A DNA stretch of 64,000 nucleotides from Cenarchaeum sp. (GTDB taxonomy: Archaea; Thermoproteota; Nitrososphaeria; Nitrososphaerales; Nitrosopumilaceae). The stretch lies in assembly GCA_965206845.1 (NCBI GenBank), contig OZ242221.1, forward strand, positions 224,001-288,000, in the 5' to 3' direction. Made by a program: the position numbers and the translations under genes. The notes beneath the pieces are model-generated. The model did not search any database and was not told where the DNA came from. It was given only the letters and a program-made list of their open reading frames with translations. Shown one piece after another: positions 29,819 to 40,115 of this stretch; position 1 is the stretch's first letter, and each line of letters starts with the position of its first letter.

Positions 29819-31690
29819 CTACATCCTGTCGGGCGCCGGTATTCCCAGGGTGTCAAGGCCCCGGCGCATGGTCTCCCTAAAGGACGCGACAAGGCACAAC
29901 CGCTGGTTCGTGGTGGCACCGTCCCTAGGATCTATGACCCGGACATGCTCGTAGAACGCATTAAAGGACACTGCCAGGCTGTGGCAGTACCTTGCGATAA
30001 CCTTGGGAGAGAGGTTTCTGGCGGCGTCCTCCATGCGAAGCGGAAACGCGCCCACAAGCCGCAGCAGATCCCTCTCGTACTGTCCGTCCAGGGAGTCAAA
30101 GTCGGCCGCAAAGTCGGGCCCGAACCCGGCCCGCTCAAGTATCCTGCAGGCGCGGGCGTGCGCGTACTGGATGTACGGGGCGGTGTCACCCTCCAGGCTT
30201 AGGGACCGCACAAGATCAAAGGTGATGGGCTTGTCGAGATCCTGCTTTATCATCTCGTACCGTATGGTGCCTGTCGCAACGTCTCGCGCCGTTGCGTCCA
30301 GGGCCCCGGGGCCCCACCCGGGGTTCCGCTTTGCGGTCTCCTCCCTGACCCTTGACTCCAGCAGGCCGATGACCGAGTCGGCATCCACAAACAGCCCCTT
30401 CCTTCCGGACATCTGCGTCTTTTCGCCGCCCGTCTTTGCGCCCAGCTGCTGGGCCGTTGCGGCACTCAGGTTGACTGACTCGTAGGCAAGGTGCAGGTAC
30501 GAGTCGGGCTTTGAGGTGAACCGCGACATCAGGCCCGTGATGATCCTCTGGAGTCCCGACTGCCGCGAGTCGATGACCGTAACCACCCGGTCAGCGGCAA
30601 AGCTCTGCGGCGTACCGCCGGCCTCAAGCCCGGTCTGCCACAGGGTCTTGCCCGGCTGCCCGGCCTCGTACGGGAAGTAGTGGAATGGATCATCCACAAG
30701 GCCCAGCTTCCATGCGGCGTACGGTATGTCCTTGGCGACGTACGTGGCGGTTCCGTTGCTGCGCACAAGCACCATGTCCCAGTCCGGGCCGGGTATGACC
30801 CAGCAGCCTGCATTCTTGCCGTCTTGTTCGTACCTGACCAGTCCGCTCTCCTGCAGCTTTGCAAATACTTTTTGCCACAGCCCGGAGTGGAGTATCTGCG
30901 ATTCGAAGTTCAGGCAGTCGTAGTACACCCCCAGGCGCCAGCAGGTCTCCAGCTGGCACCGGAGAACGCGGCGGGTTATCCGGCCTGCCAGCTTTGCGGC
31001 ATCAGAGTCTGCATTCTCCAGATCCCGCATGATCCCGGTCCTTGCCTCCTGCAGTGAGGGATCCTCGTCGTACATCCGCGTGGTTCCCACGTACACGGTC
31101 CCGCCGCAGTAGTGGTCAAACTTCTCGCCGTCGGGCGGATCCTGGGCAAAGCCAAGGCGCACAAACCCCAGCACGATGTCGGCCACCTGCAGTCCCGAGT
31201 CATCCACATAGTTGAGCACCCGGACGTCGTAGCCGGCCCCCTGCAGCACCCTGGATATGACGTCGCCTATGACGATGTTTCTGATGTGCCCTATGTGCAG
31301 CGCCTTGTTGGGGTTGACGCTTGTGTGCTCCACCACAATGGGCGCGCCGCCCCCCAGACCAATTGCTCCGTATCCGGCCTTGACAGACCCCCGCAGGATG
31401 AGCCCGTGGAGCTCTGCCGGATCCGCAAAGAAGTTGAGGTAGCCCGACCGGTGGGCCTCGACCCGCCGAACCAGCCCGCCACTACTCCTGTACATGCCTG
31501 CCACGTCAGCAGCCACCTGGTAGGGGCTCCGCTTCAGCCTTCCGGCAAGCAGGAACGACACGTTGGAGGAGACATCGCCAAAGCCCGGCCGGGACGGCTC
31601 CACCGCATACGGCACGTCAGGCAGGCCCATCTCTGAGAGCGCCTGTGCCAGTCCGGCAGACACCTCGTCAAGCAGCGCCTTGAGGCTCAT
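29819..31690 (-). CDS. argS: Arginine--tRNA ligase
   Basis: EHTSVNPNKALHIGHIRN, MSGRKG, GDTAPYIQYAHAR. Confidence 0.98.
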   Translation of the reverse strand: MSLKALLDEVSAGLAQALSEMGLPDVPYAVEPSRPGFGDVSSNVSFLLAGRLKRSPYQVAADVAGMYRSSGGLVRRVEAHRSGYLNFFADPAELHGLILRGSVKAGYGAIGLGGGAPIVVEHTSVNPNKALHIGHIRNIVIGDVISRVLQGAGYDVRVLNYVDDSGLQVADIVLGFVRLGFAQDPPDGEKFDHYCGGTVYVGTTRMYDEDPSLQEARTGIMRDLENADSDAAKLAGRITRRVLRCQLETCWRLGVYYDCLNFESQILHSGLWQKVFAKLQESGLVRYEQDGKNAGCWVIPGPDWDMVLVRSNGTATYVAKDIPYAAWKLGLVDDPFHYFPYEAGQPGKTLWQTGLEAGGTPQSFAADRVVTVIDSRQSGLQRIITGLMSRFTSKPDSYLHLAYESVNLSAATAQQLGAKTGGEKTQMSGRKGLFVDADSVIGLLESRVREETAKRNPGWGPGALDATARDVATGTIRYEMIKQDLDKPITFDLVRSLSLEGDTAPYIQYAHARACRILERAGFGPDFAADFDSLDGQYERDLLRLVGAFPLRMEDAARNLSPKVIARYCHSLAVSFNAFYEHVRVIDPRDGATTNQRLCLVASFRETMRRGLDTLGIPAPDRM

Positions 31691-32373
31691 CGGGCCATCC
31701 CCCGGAACAGCATTCCCAGCGCCTCGATGACGCCGTCGCCTGCCTTCTGGCCCACTGCGATGTCGGCCCTTGACCTGACGGACGCGGGGGCGTTTCCCAG
31801 CGCAACGCTAGTGCCTGCGACATCGAACATCGGAACGTCAGTCTCGCTGTCGCCGATGGCAATCACGTCCTCTTTGGGTATCGAGCGCATCTTCATCACG
31901 TGCGCAAGCCCTGCCCCCTTGCTTGTGCCGACGGAGTTTATGTGAAATGCATAAAGGCTGTCAGAGAGGGTCACATCAAGTCCCTCCTCACGGACTATCT
32001 CCCTCGCAAGGCCGAGATCAAAGGTACGCTCCAGGACCACCTCTGTCATGCGGGGAAACACCGGCTTCTCTGTCACGCCGTCGATACGCGACCTGATCAC
32101 GCCGTAGGCCCTCCTGCAGGACTCAATGTTCCCCAGCAGGATGTGGTTCTGCGGGCCCGTGGTGATGCAGCCGCCGTTCTCCCCCACGGCTATTCCCGTG
32201 GTGCCCCCAAACACCGACAGCATGTACCCCTCGACGGAGGAGCGTCCGGAGACATAAATCACGCTGTGGCCGCGGCCTGCAAGGTATCGCAGCGCCCAGA
32301 CGGCGCCCAGATGTATGCGCCCCCCGCCGTTCTCGGTAATCGTTCCGTCAATGTCCACTGCCAGCGTCTTCAC
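31687..32373 (-). CDS. HAD-family phosphoglycolate phosphatase-like hydrolase
   Basis: GTG start; DIDGTIT, SGR, ENGG, KG, IGDSETD. Confidence 0.92.
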   Translation of the reverse strand: MKTLAVDIDGTITENGGGRIHLGAVWALRYLAGRGHSVIYVSGRSSVEGYMLSVFGGTTGIAVGENGGCITTGPQNHILLGNIESCRRAYGVIRSRIDGVTEKPVFPRMTEVVLERTFDLGLAREIVREEGLDVTLSDSLYAFHINSVGTSKGAGLAHVMKMRSIPKEDVIAIGDSETDVPMFDVAGTSVALGNAPASVRSRADIAVGQKAGDGVIEALGMLFRGMAR

Positions 32374-32511
32374 AGACCGGCATATGTCTGGCCGGATAAT
32401 ATTTGCTACGCATACGCGGGGATCCTGCGCACGCGGCAGTAACCGCACCGGAGCCCCGGTACAGAAGGCTAATAGTAAGTGGCATTGGAAAAAACCTCGG
32501 AGTGCGTCTGA

Positions 32512-33621
32512 ATGGGAATACCTGAGAAGATAAAATCGATCCAGGCCGAGATGGCGCGGACCCAGATCAACAAGGCCACAGAGCACCACCTGGGGCTGCT
32601 CAAGGCCAAGATTGCCAAGCTGAAGAGAGAGCAGGAGGATCGGGACGTCAGGAAGAGCGGTGCGAGGCACGACGGGTTTGACGTGAGGCGGACAGGTGAT
32701 GCAACGGTGGTCCTCATCGGGCTGCCCAGCGTCGGCAAGTCCACGCTGCTCAACAGTCTGACGGGGGCCCGGTCTGCCGTTGGAGCCTTCCAGTTTACGA
32801 CGCTGACCGTGGTTCCGGGCATGATGGAGTACGGCGGGGCAAGAATCCAGATTCTGGACCTGCCGGGAATAATCAAGGGCGCCTCGTCAGGCAAGGGACT
32901 GGGCAGGAGGATACTGGCAGTGGCAAGGAGCGCGGATCTGGTGCTGCTGATACTAGACGTGTTTCAGCCGTACCACATGGATGTGCTTGTGGGCGAGCTG
33001 GGCAACATAGGGATCAGGCTCAACCAGCTTCCGCCAAATATTGTCATCGAGAAGGCAGGATCCGGCGGGATCGCCATCGCCCAGCAGACGAGGCTTACGA
33101 AGATCACAGAGAGCCACCTCAGGGACATGCTGCACCTATACGGGGTGACAAACGCCAGGGTGGTCATCCGCGAGGACGTCACATCTGAGCAGCTGGCAGA
33201 CCACCTCATGGGAAACGTCATCTACTCCCGCGGGTTGACGGTGCTAAACAAGATAGATCTGGCAGACGACGACTTCCTGAAGGGCGTCCGAGCCAAGCTC
33301 GGATCCGACATGGCGGAGGTGTCTGCAAACTCTGGCGTCAACACGGATCTGCTCAGGGAGAAGATCTATCGGGAGTTGAGGTTCATCAGGATCTACATGA
33401 GGCCAAAGGGCGGAGAGACCGACTTTGAGGAGCCGTTGATCATGCGGGAGGGCGACACCGTGGAGGACGTGTGCGCCAAGCTTCACCGGAACATGCGAAA
33501 GGTCTTCAGGTACGGCCTGGTGTGGGGAAGAAGCGTAAGGTTTGGCGGCCAGCGGGTCGGACTGGGCCACATCCTGGAGGACGAGGATGCCCTCACCATC
33601 ATCAAAAGGAAGGGAACGTAG
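32512..33621 (+). CDS. DRG-family (OBG) GTPase with TGS domain
   Basis: NKATEHHLG, GLPSVGKS, FTT, DLPG, NKID, GQRVG. Confidence 0.96.
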   Translation: MGIPEKIKSIQAEMARTQINKATEHHLGLLKAKIAKLKREQEDRDVRKSGARHDGFDVRRTGDATVVLIGLPSVGKSTLLNSLTGARSAVGAFQFTTLTVVPGMMEYGGARIQILDLPGIIKGASSGKGLGRRILAVARSADLVLLILDVFQPYHMDVLVGELGNIGIRLNQLPPNIVIEKAGSGGIAIAQQTRLTKITESHLRDMLHLYGVTNARVVIREDVTSEQLADHLMGNVIYSRGLTVLNKIDLADDDFLKGVRAKLGSDMAEVSANSGVNTDLLREKIYRELRFIRIYMRPKGGETDFEEPLIMREGDTVEDVCAKLHRNMRKVFRYGLVWGRSVRFGGQRVGLGHILEDEDALTIIKRKGT

Positions 33622-33886
33622 CCACGCAGGGCCGCCTCTGGGTGCGCAAGGCCGTCCAGACGGCACCGGTGGCGCGCCAGGCACCCGTGCCATCTCTGCG
33701 GCCGGGGCATGCGGGTATCCACGCCGCAGATCGTGTCAGGATGCGGGGATCCCCCGCGGACACCGCCGCATCTCCGGGCGGATGACGCCATCTGCCGCGC
33801 CTACCGCGTTTGGTAAAACTATTCTTACCAAAACCGAAAAGCTTGCTAACACGGTACAGAATATACAAAGCCAAAAAATAGATGTT

Positions 33887-34696
33887 ATGAAAAACGACAT
33901 AGAGATGGTCGGAAAACAGGTCAAGGACATGTACGGTGCCTCAATGGGCAAGGTGGTAGGGGTTATCACCGACATTGACGGCAGCGTTCAGTTCGTGGGC
34001 GTCTACTCCGGTTACGACGGGTTGCGGCAGATCGCCTACGAGCAGTTGGTGGTCCAAAACGACTCTGTGATCTTTATCCCACTGTGGAGGCTTGATTCTC
34101 AGAAGCTCATACGCGAGAAGAATCTGACACTACGGCGGCTAAAGTCACTCATAGAGATCGTGGCAGACAACGACGAGCTGAAGCAGGATGCAGAGATTGC
34201 ATACTCCAAGTACACGGTAAAGATACAGATGATGGCCAAAACGCAGGATGGGGTAAAGACAGCACTAGCAGCAAGACTGGAAGAACTGGAGGCTCAGCTA
34301 AAGGTACTAAAGATCCTGGTGTTTGACGCCAAGGTGCAGCTCAAAAGCAACGAGATGTCCGAGGAGGCGTACGAGTCAGTCAAGATGCAGACCAGTACGC
34401 TTACCGAGTACATCACGCACGAGACGGCAGAGATAGCGGGCATCCAGCGGCGGCTTGAAGATCTGGACATGGAAATGATGCAGACGATCGAGCCCCCCAA
34501 GGAACACCTGCAGCAGTCTGCAACCATATACCTGCAAGCCGAGGAAGAGATGGCAGACATGCTCCCCAAGGCACCAACAGACCCCGTGCCCGTGAAGAGC
34601 GAGGAGGTTGTCAAAAGCGACGAATCTCCAGATCCGCCGCAGGGCGCGGCGAAAGACACAAAATCCGACTGGCTCTCTCGCATGGAAGCACAGTAG
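33887..34696 (+). CDS. cdvA: Cell division protein CdvA
   Basis: PRC-barrel N-terminus VGKQVKDMYG...GKVVG, coiled coil, C-terminal DWLSRM. Confidence 0.85.
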   Translation: MKNDIEMVGKQVKDMYGASMGKVVGVITDIDGSVQFVGVYSGYDGLRQIAYEQLVVQNDSVIFIPLWRLDSQKLIREKNLTLRRLKSLIEIVADNDELKQDAEIAYSKYTVKIQMMAKTQDGVKTALAARLEELEAQLKVLKILVFDAKVQLKSNEMSEEAYESVKMQTSTLTEYITHETAEIAGIQRRLEDLDMEMMQTIEPPKEHLQQSATIYLQAEEEMADMLPKAPTDPVPVKSEEVVKSDESPDPPQGAAKDTKSDWLSRMEAQ

Positions 34697-34714
34697 TCTT
34701 TTTTTCCCTTTTTT
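34697..34714 (+). terminator. Oligo-T archaeal terminator after cdvA
   Basis: TCTTTTTTTCCCTTTTTT right after the stop. Confidence 0.6.
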
Positions 34715-34999
34715 AGTATCCTTAGGCTAGCTATGCCGCGCTGCAGGGGTGCCGGGCTGTCTACCGTGCCGGTTCAGGCGCAAGGACATAGACGCATTGC
34801 ACATGCATGTGCCAAGGCAGAGTAGCCGGCCCCATGCGCCATGGAGGGCATGCGGTCTAGCCATTGCGCGGGCCACGCGTCCGCAAGGGCCGCATGTAAA
34901 GCGACAGCAGAAGAGTCCACCCTTGAGGCGATCCCCCCGGACCGATGCGGGCCCGTCACGTCCCCCGGGATCTGGCTGGTCGCATGGGCTCCACATAAC

Positions 35000-35155
35000 C
35001 TATGCAGTGTACGCCCCAGACTCGTCCCCGTCACCTTCGGCCGCACCCTGCTCAAGCCGTTCCCTTCTTCTCTTTATGTAGAGCCAGATCGAGCCGGCAG
35101 CCATGGCCGACAGCAGAATCCAGCCCGCCATCATGAGCTCAATGTGGTACAGCAC
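35000..35155 (-). CDS. Possible small membrane protein
   Basis: TM segment followed by KRRRER (positive-inside); start uncertain. Confidence 0.4.
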   Translation of the reverse strand: MLYHIELMMAGWILLSAMAAGSIWLYIKRRRERLEQGAAEGDGDESGAYTA

Positions 35156-35649
35156 GGTATGATGTACCCGCACACACGGATAAAGTTTGGTCTTCGCGAT
35201 GCGGGTCCGGAGCAAGTAGAAAAGCTCAAAAGCGTTTCGGCGCATATAATGGTATGAACTGCGCCGCATGCGAAAAGCGAAAGCATTACGAGTGTATTGA
35301 CTGCCTGAGCGACCACAGGACCCACCTCTGCAGCTGTGCATGCCACGACAAGGACACAAGGCCCCACGGCCAGCAGTAGGCTGGTTCCGCGATGCACGGC
35401 CCCCGTCGGATCCGGCAGGGTGCCGCCCGTACCAGGTGACCGGATCCTGGATGCCCGTAGCAGGGCAATGCGGTCGCATCCAAGGGGCAACATCCCGCAC
35501 CGGTTTGGGATCCCCTGCAGGAATGGGTGTCAGGCAGAACACGCGCCCACGCTCGACAGCGCACGCCACGGTAGGGCTTGCGTGATCGGGCAAAAAAATC
35601 AAGATTAATAAACGTGAAAAGCTACCTCTGTAAAACCGTGGTAAGCATA

Positions 35650-37359
35650 ATGAAAAATTTTGGAACTCTAGAGTACGTGATAGACAAGTACTCCCAGCAG
35701 TGGAGCTGGAAGGTAACCGGCGCCAGGGCGGTAAGCATGATCTCCCGGATCATTCCCCAGTCTTGGTACGGTGACGGGCCTGATGAAGTGATCATTCCAG
35801 ACAGCAGGGATAACATCCAGCAGATACAGTGGATCCACGAGCAGTACGAGTTTGAGATTCTCTCAAAGCCGGTCTGGCAGAGAAAGACGGTGGTCTTCAA
35901 GCCCAAAAAGACGAGGCTGCCAAAGATCGAGAAGTTGGAGAGGGCCAGGCCCGGTGAGCAGTTCTCCGGGAGGCTGATGAACTTTCAGCGCGAGGGGCTT
36001 GACTTTCTTGTCAAGTCCAACGGAAACGCGTTGCTAGCAGATGAGATGGGCCTGGGGAAGACCGTCCAGACCTTGGCATACCTTGCAACCGAGCAGCGTG
36101 CGTTTCCGGCGCTGATCGTCGCGCCGCTGATAACCCTCAACAACTGGCAGCGCGAGATCCACAAGTTTCTCAAGAGAAAGAGCCGCAACGGCAGAATAAT
36201 CGAGAACCAGCACCCGACATCCACCATAATCAGGACCGGCAAAAAGGGCGAGCTGGGCAAGTATGACTTTTACATAATAAACTACGAGCTGCTCAGCAAG
36301 AGGCTTCCGGACCTGGCCCGTGCCCAGATAAGATCCATAGTGTGCGACGAGGTTCAGAACCTGAGATCCAAGACCACGCAAAAGTATGCCGCAGTGAAGG
36401 AGCTGGCGGTGCATCCCAGCATACGCCGGCGGGTCGGGCTGTCAGGGACCCCGATCTACAACCACGGCTCGGAGATCTGGCCCATCGTGGACATACTGAG
36501 GCCCGGCCTGCTGGGGAACTTTAAGGAGTTCTGCGAATACTTTTGCTATATCAACACCAAGGGCAGGGCCATAGTTTTAGAGAACAGGAGAGACTCGCTG
36601 CGCCAAGAGCTCCAAAAGCATGTCATGCTGAGGAGGAGAAAGTCAGACGTACTCAAGGAGTTGAAGGACAAGGTTCGGTACAAGGAGGTGATAGATACAG
36701 ACACCACATACTACCTGGCGGAGCTGTACAAGATCTGGGACAGGCTGCAGCGGGAGCAGCGCAAGGCTACAACGGCGTTTGACAGGTCCTCATCATACCA
36801 CCGCGCCATCCAGAGCGAGAGACAGGTGGCAGGGGCCGCCAAGATACCGCATGTGATCAACTTTGTCAAGAACATAATGGAGATAGAGGAGAGCGTCGTG
36901 GTCTTCTGCCACCACAGGGCGATTCATCAGATGCTACGCGAGTCCCTGACCGAGTTTGATCCGGCCACCATCATAGGCAGCCAGACGGACAAGGTGCGCC
37001 AGATGCAGATCGACCGCTTTCAGGACGGGTACACAAACCTCATGATTGCGGGTCTCCGGGCCGGGAATGTGGGGATCAACCTTACCAGAGCGCGCTACGT
37101 CATATTTGCCGAGCTTGACTGGAGCCCGGCCATCCACCGGCAGGCAGAAGATCGCCTGCACAGGATAGGCCAGAAGAACACGGTCTTTGCGTACTACCTT
37201 ATCGGCAACGGAACCTTGGACGAGCATGTCGCCAACATACTGGTGGATAAGAGCTACGAGATAGACTCGATAATGGACGGGGACACGGGCTCGTTTGAGA
37301 GCAGCAAAAAGGCCGAGATGATACTGGCGCAAATTCAGGACAAGCTGCGCCCCGGCTAG
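35650..37359 (+). CDS. SNF2-family helicase
   Basis: LLADEMGLGKT, DEVQ, LSGTP, GINLT, WSP...QAEDRLHRIGQ. Confidence 0.96.
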   Translation: MKNFGTLEYVIDKYSQQWSWKVTGARAVSMISRIIPQSWYGDGPDEVIIPDSRDNIQQIQWIHEQYEFEILSKPVWQRKTVVFKPKKTRLPKIEKLERARPGEQFSGRLMNFQREGLDFLVKSNGNALLADEMGLGKTVQTLAYLATEQRAFPALIVAPLITLNNWQREIHKFLKRKSRNGRIIENQHPTSTIIRTGKKGELGKYDFYIINYELLSKRLPDLARAQIRSIVCDEVQNLRSKTTQKYAAVKELAVHPSIRRRVGLSGTPIYNHGSEIWPIVDILRPGLLGNFKEFCEYFCYINTKGRAIVLENRRDSLRQELQKHVMLRRRKSDVLKELKDKVRYKEVIDTDTTYYLAELYKIWDRLQREQRKATTAFDRSSSYHRAIQSERQVAGAAKIPHVINFVKNIMEIEESVVVFCHHRAIHQMLRESLTEFDPATIIGSQTDKVRQMQIDRFQDGYTNLMIAGLRAGNVGINLTRARYVIFAELDWSPAIHRQAEDRLHRIGQKNTVFAYYLIGNGTLDEHVANILVDKSYEIDSIMDGDTGSFESSKKAEMILAQIQDKLRPG

Positions 37360-37926
37360 TCACCTGCCTATCTTCTGGCGTATCTGCTCAAGCTTTGAGA
37401 TCATGTCTTGGCGCACCTTCGAGTCCGCATCAAGGCCCCCGATCTGCTCTTCCAGCTGTGCCAGCAGGTGCAGCGCCCCGTCATGGTCACGGCCAGGCAT
37501 GCGCCCATGGGTACCGCCCTCCCTCAGGGCATCCCGGCCGTCGGGAAGTATCTCAAAGAGCTTTTGGATGCCGGAATCGTCCCTGATTGTGGTTATCATG
37601 ACAAGCCCGTTTCGCCTGAGCATCTCGGCCTCCGGCGTGACGGCGGCGCCAGACTCGTTGAGATACGTGCAGATGTCTCCAATGACAAGCGATTTTGTGT
37701 CCAGGACACGCAGAATGCGCACCCACAGCGGAACGTCGTCAGACCAGAGCATCTTCCTGGCCTGATCCGTGACGCAGAACCCGCCGCTCTCGGATGCCTT
37801 CAAAAGGCCCCTGTCGATCAGGGACGCCAGCTGATCAAGTATTCTTCCGGTGCCCAACCTGCCCAGTCGGGACTTGCCGATGTCTGTCTCATTAAGGCAG
37901 CCGTCGCTCAGGACTGCCAGATGCAA
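37360..37926 (-). CDS. Hypothetical protein (tandem wHTH-like)
   Basis: LIDRGLL and LRRNGLV wing-like motifs; abuts the SNF2 stop. Confidence 0.7.
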   Translation of the reverse strand: MHLAVLSDGCLNETDIGKSRLGRLGTGRILDQLASLIDRGLLKASESGGFCVTDQARKMLWSDDVPLWVRILRVLDTKSLVIGDICTYLNESGAAVTPEAEMLRRNGLVMITTIRDDSGIQKLFEILPDGRDALREGGTHGRMPGRDHDGALHLLAQLEEQIGGLDADSKVRQDMISKLEQIRQKIGR

Positions 37927-38246
37927 AAATCCAGATCAGTTATGCTTAGTACCGCCACAGCAACCCCACGCCCCCTGATAATTTAACCCTTGACCGCAGC
38001 GAGGGACAGGATTGAACGCGGGCCAGGCTCCAGCATTGCCGCGCCTGCCATCACACATGCCCAAACCCGCGCGGGATGGCCGGGGATATCAGGGCCCAAA
38101 CCCCCTGCCGCCGACTGCCGCGGCTGCGTCCTACAGACATAACCAAATGAGTCAAATCGGCAGAGTCAATTCCGGTTCACATATGCCCGTAGGACACAGC
38201 CGACTGCCGCCTAAAATTTTTATAGAAACCCCGACTAGCAGTGTAA

Positions 38247-38498
38247 ATGGACTTTATGCTGGAGGAGGATCTGATAGACCTGATGACATTCTGCCTCCAG
38301 AACCCCGAATCCCCGGAGGTGTCCGCCAAAAAGCAGAGAATTGTCGAGATCGGATCGGAGATCAACGCAAACGGTGGGGTGGACGCCATGGAGAATTTTT
38401 TCTTCGTCCTAAGGAATCGCATCACGGGCGAAATTGAGAAGGATCCCGAACCCTTCAGGAAGCTCTGGAACGGGATAAACGACTCCTGGCACTACTAG
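38247..38498 (+). CDS. Hypothetical protein
   Basis: Clean 83-aa ORF 20-25 nt after TATA box TTTTTATA. Confidence 0.8.
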   Translation: MDFMLEEDLIDLMTFCLQNPESPEVSAKKQRIVEIGSEINANGGVDAMENFFFVLRNRITGEIEKDPEPFRKLWNGINDSWHY

Positions 38499-38631
38499 GC
38501 CCCTCGGAGGCTCTGCGGCTGCCGTCCTGCCGGAACCATCTTGGGGATGCGCGCCGCAAGCAGAACCCCGGCCACGACACAGTCCGGAGGATTCCTGGCT
38601 CACTGCTGCCGGTTCTGGCCGCAGGCTGCGA

Positions 38632-39966
38632 TCATATCTTTATCCGGTAATAGTCCCACCTCTCGGGATCAAACAACGTGACAAACTCGGCGTTCTCGTA
38701 TCCCTGCGCGCGCCGCCTTACCACATCCCGCAGAGCAAAGCCGGTAAGATACTCGTATTTTTTTGAGAGGGCCTGCATGGTAAAGAGGTGCCTCATCTCG
38801 CTGCCGCCCCGCAGGCCCCAGTATCCCATCTTCAGCGGAAACGGCTCCAGGAACACCGTGTTGCCCAGGCCATAGTTCTCATCCTTGATCTCCGGGCGGA
38901 GGGCGTATTCCTCCAGGGAGCCGCCCTTGGCATACCCGACTATCTTGCCGCCTGGACCCTGCCGCCTCAACGTGTTCAGTATCGTCTTTGGGTTCCTGAT
39001 GGACTCCTCGAACCGGTCCCGGGCAAACTGCAGCGGCTTTGGAAGCTGGCAGAAGATCTCAAACAGCTCCTTGGTGAACGCAGGATCCCTGCGGGTCTCC
39101 ATGGACTCGATTACCGGAACCAGGTGGAGGTTGTCGTACAGGTGCTCTGCCTGAATCCTGATCTCCTGCTGCCTCAGAGCAAGGAACGACTGGACATTCT
39201 CCATGAAGTTCTTTCTCATGTCTCTGGGCAGGGAACCCATGACGCGCCGGAGCATGGTGCTGTCGTCGTGAAGCAGATACTCAAAGTATGCGACAGCCCG
39301 CGCGACTATGAGTGACGGGTGCCACGCTGATGCGTGTGCGTTCATCTTGGCCATCTCCATTCCCTTTGAGAACCCGCCCAGCGCGTATCCTCCCACGCGA
39401 TCCGCCACCGACAGAAACCAGCCCAGCTGGGCGATCTCCTCCTGCCTCGGGATGTTGTTTCTGGTAGTCTCAGACGCCATAAAGCACTCCTTCATCTTGG
39501 CCTCTGCGTCATCCCGCAGGCTGCCTGACCACGGATATGTCGTCCTCAGAATCAGCACCTTTACTATCTCGATGTCAAGTCCCGCCAGGCTCAAAAGCCG
39601 CCTCAGGTTTCTCTCCAGCGAGAGAAAGCAGATTACGCTGTCTTCGTGAGGCTTGTCAACACTCTTCTGGGGATCAAAGTCATGAAAGAGCGCAGAGACG
39701 TACAGGTACTTGAGGTCCTCCTCTGTTATGTAACCGTTCGCCATGTCCTGGGACGCTGCAAGAAGGGTCACATAGGTGACCTCCAGCTCGTGATCTATGT
39801 TGTGGTATCCGTAGTAGTCAGAACCCAGCCCCTGCGACTCGAAGAGGTTTATGGTATAATCCAGCATTTCAGAGTAGCAGCTGTCCCCAAGGCCGTTCTC
39901 TGTCGCCACTCTCACTATCTTGTCCCTCAGTGGGTGCCTGTATGCAACCTGCTGCACAGAATTCAT
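38632..39966 (-). CDS. HD-domain protein with GNAT-like C-terminal region
   Basis: YHNIDH, ALFHDFD, SVAD; C-terminal IVGYAKG...VFLE...GYWGLRGG. Confidence 0.85.
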   Translation of the reverse strand: MNSVQQVAYRHPLRDKIVRVATENGLGDSCYSEMLDYTINLFESQGLGSDYYGYHNIDHELEVTYVTLLAASQDMANGYITEEDLKYLYVSALFHDFDPQKSVDKPHEDSVICFLSLERNLRRLLSLAGLDIEIVKVLILRTTYPWSGSLRDDAEAKMKECFMASETTRNNIPRQEEIAQLGWFLSVADRVGGYALGGFSKGMEMAKMNAHASAWHPSLIVARAVAYFEYLLHDDSTMLRRVMGSLPRDMRKNFMENVQSFLALRQQEIRIQAEHLYDNLHLVPVIESMETRRDPAFTKELFEIFCQLPKPLQFARDRFEESIRNPKTILNTLRRQGPGGKIVGYAKGGSLEEYALRPEIKDENYGLGNTVFLEPFPLKMGYWGLRGGSEMRHLFTMQALSKKYEYLTGFALRDVVRRRAQGYENAEFVTLFDPERWDYYRIKI

Positions 39967-40115
39967 CCCGCATCTGCTGTTTTTAAAGATGTGTAATAAT
40001 ACCATGGAGCCGTTGGTAACAGGCGCCGGTCATATGTGGCATACCGTAACAGTTCCGGGGCCGCGCAAGGCATCTTGGAACCCATTGGTAATCAGCGCCA
40101 ATGGCATCCCCGCGC

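Noticed and set aside
33887-34696. cdvA without adjacent cdvB/cdvC as a novelty
   Set aside because: Dispersed cdv genes are usual in thaumarchaeotes
35650-37359. SNF2 helicase as part of a defence system
   Set aside because: Host-like composition, core-gene neighbours and no adjacent nuclease or methylase
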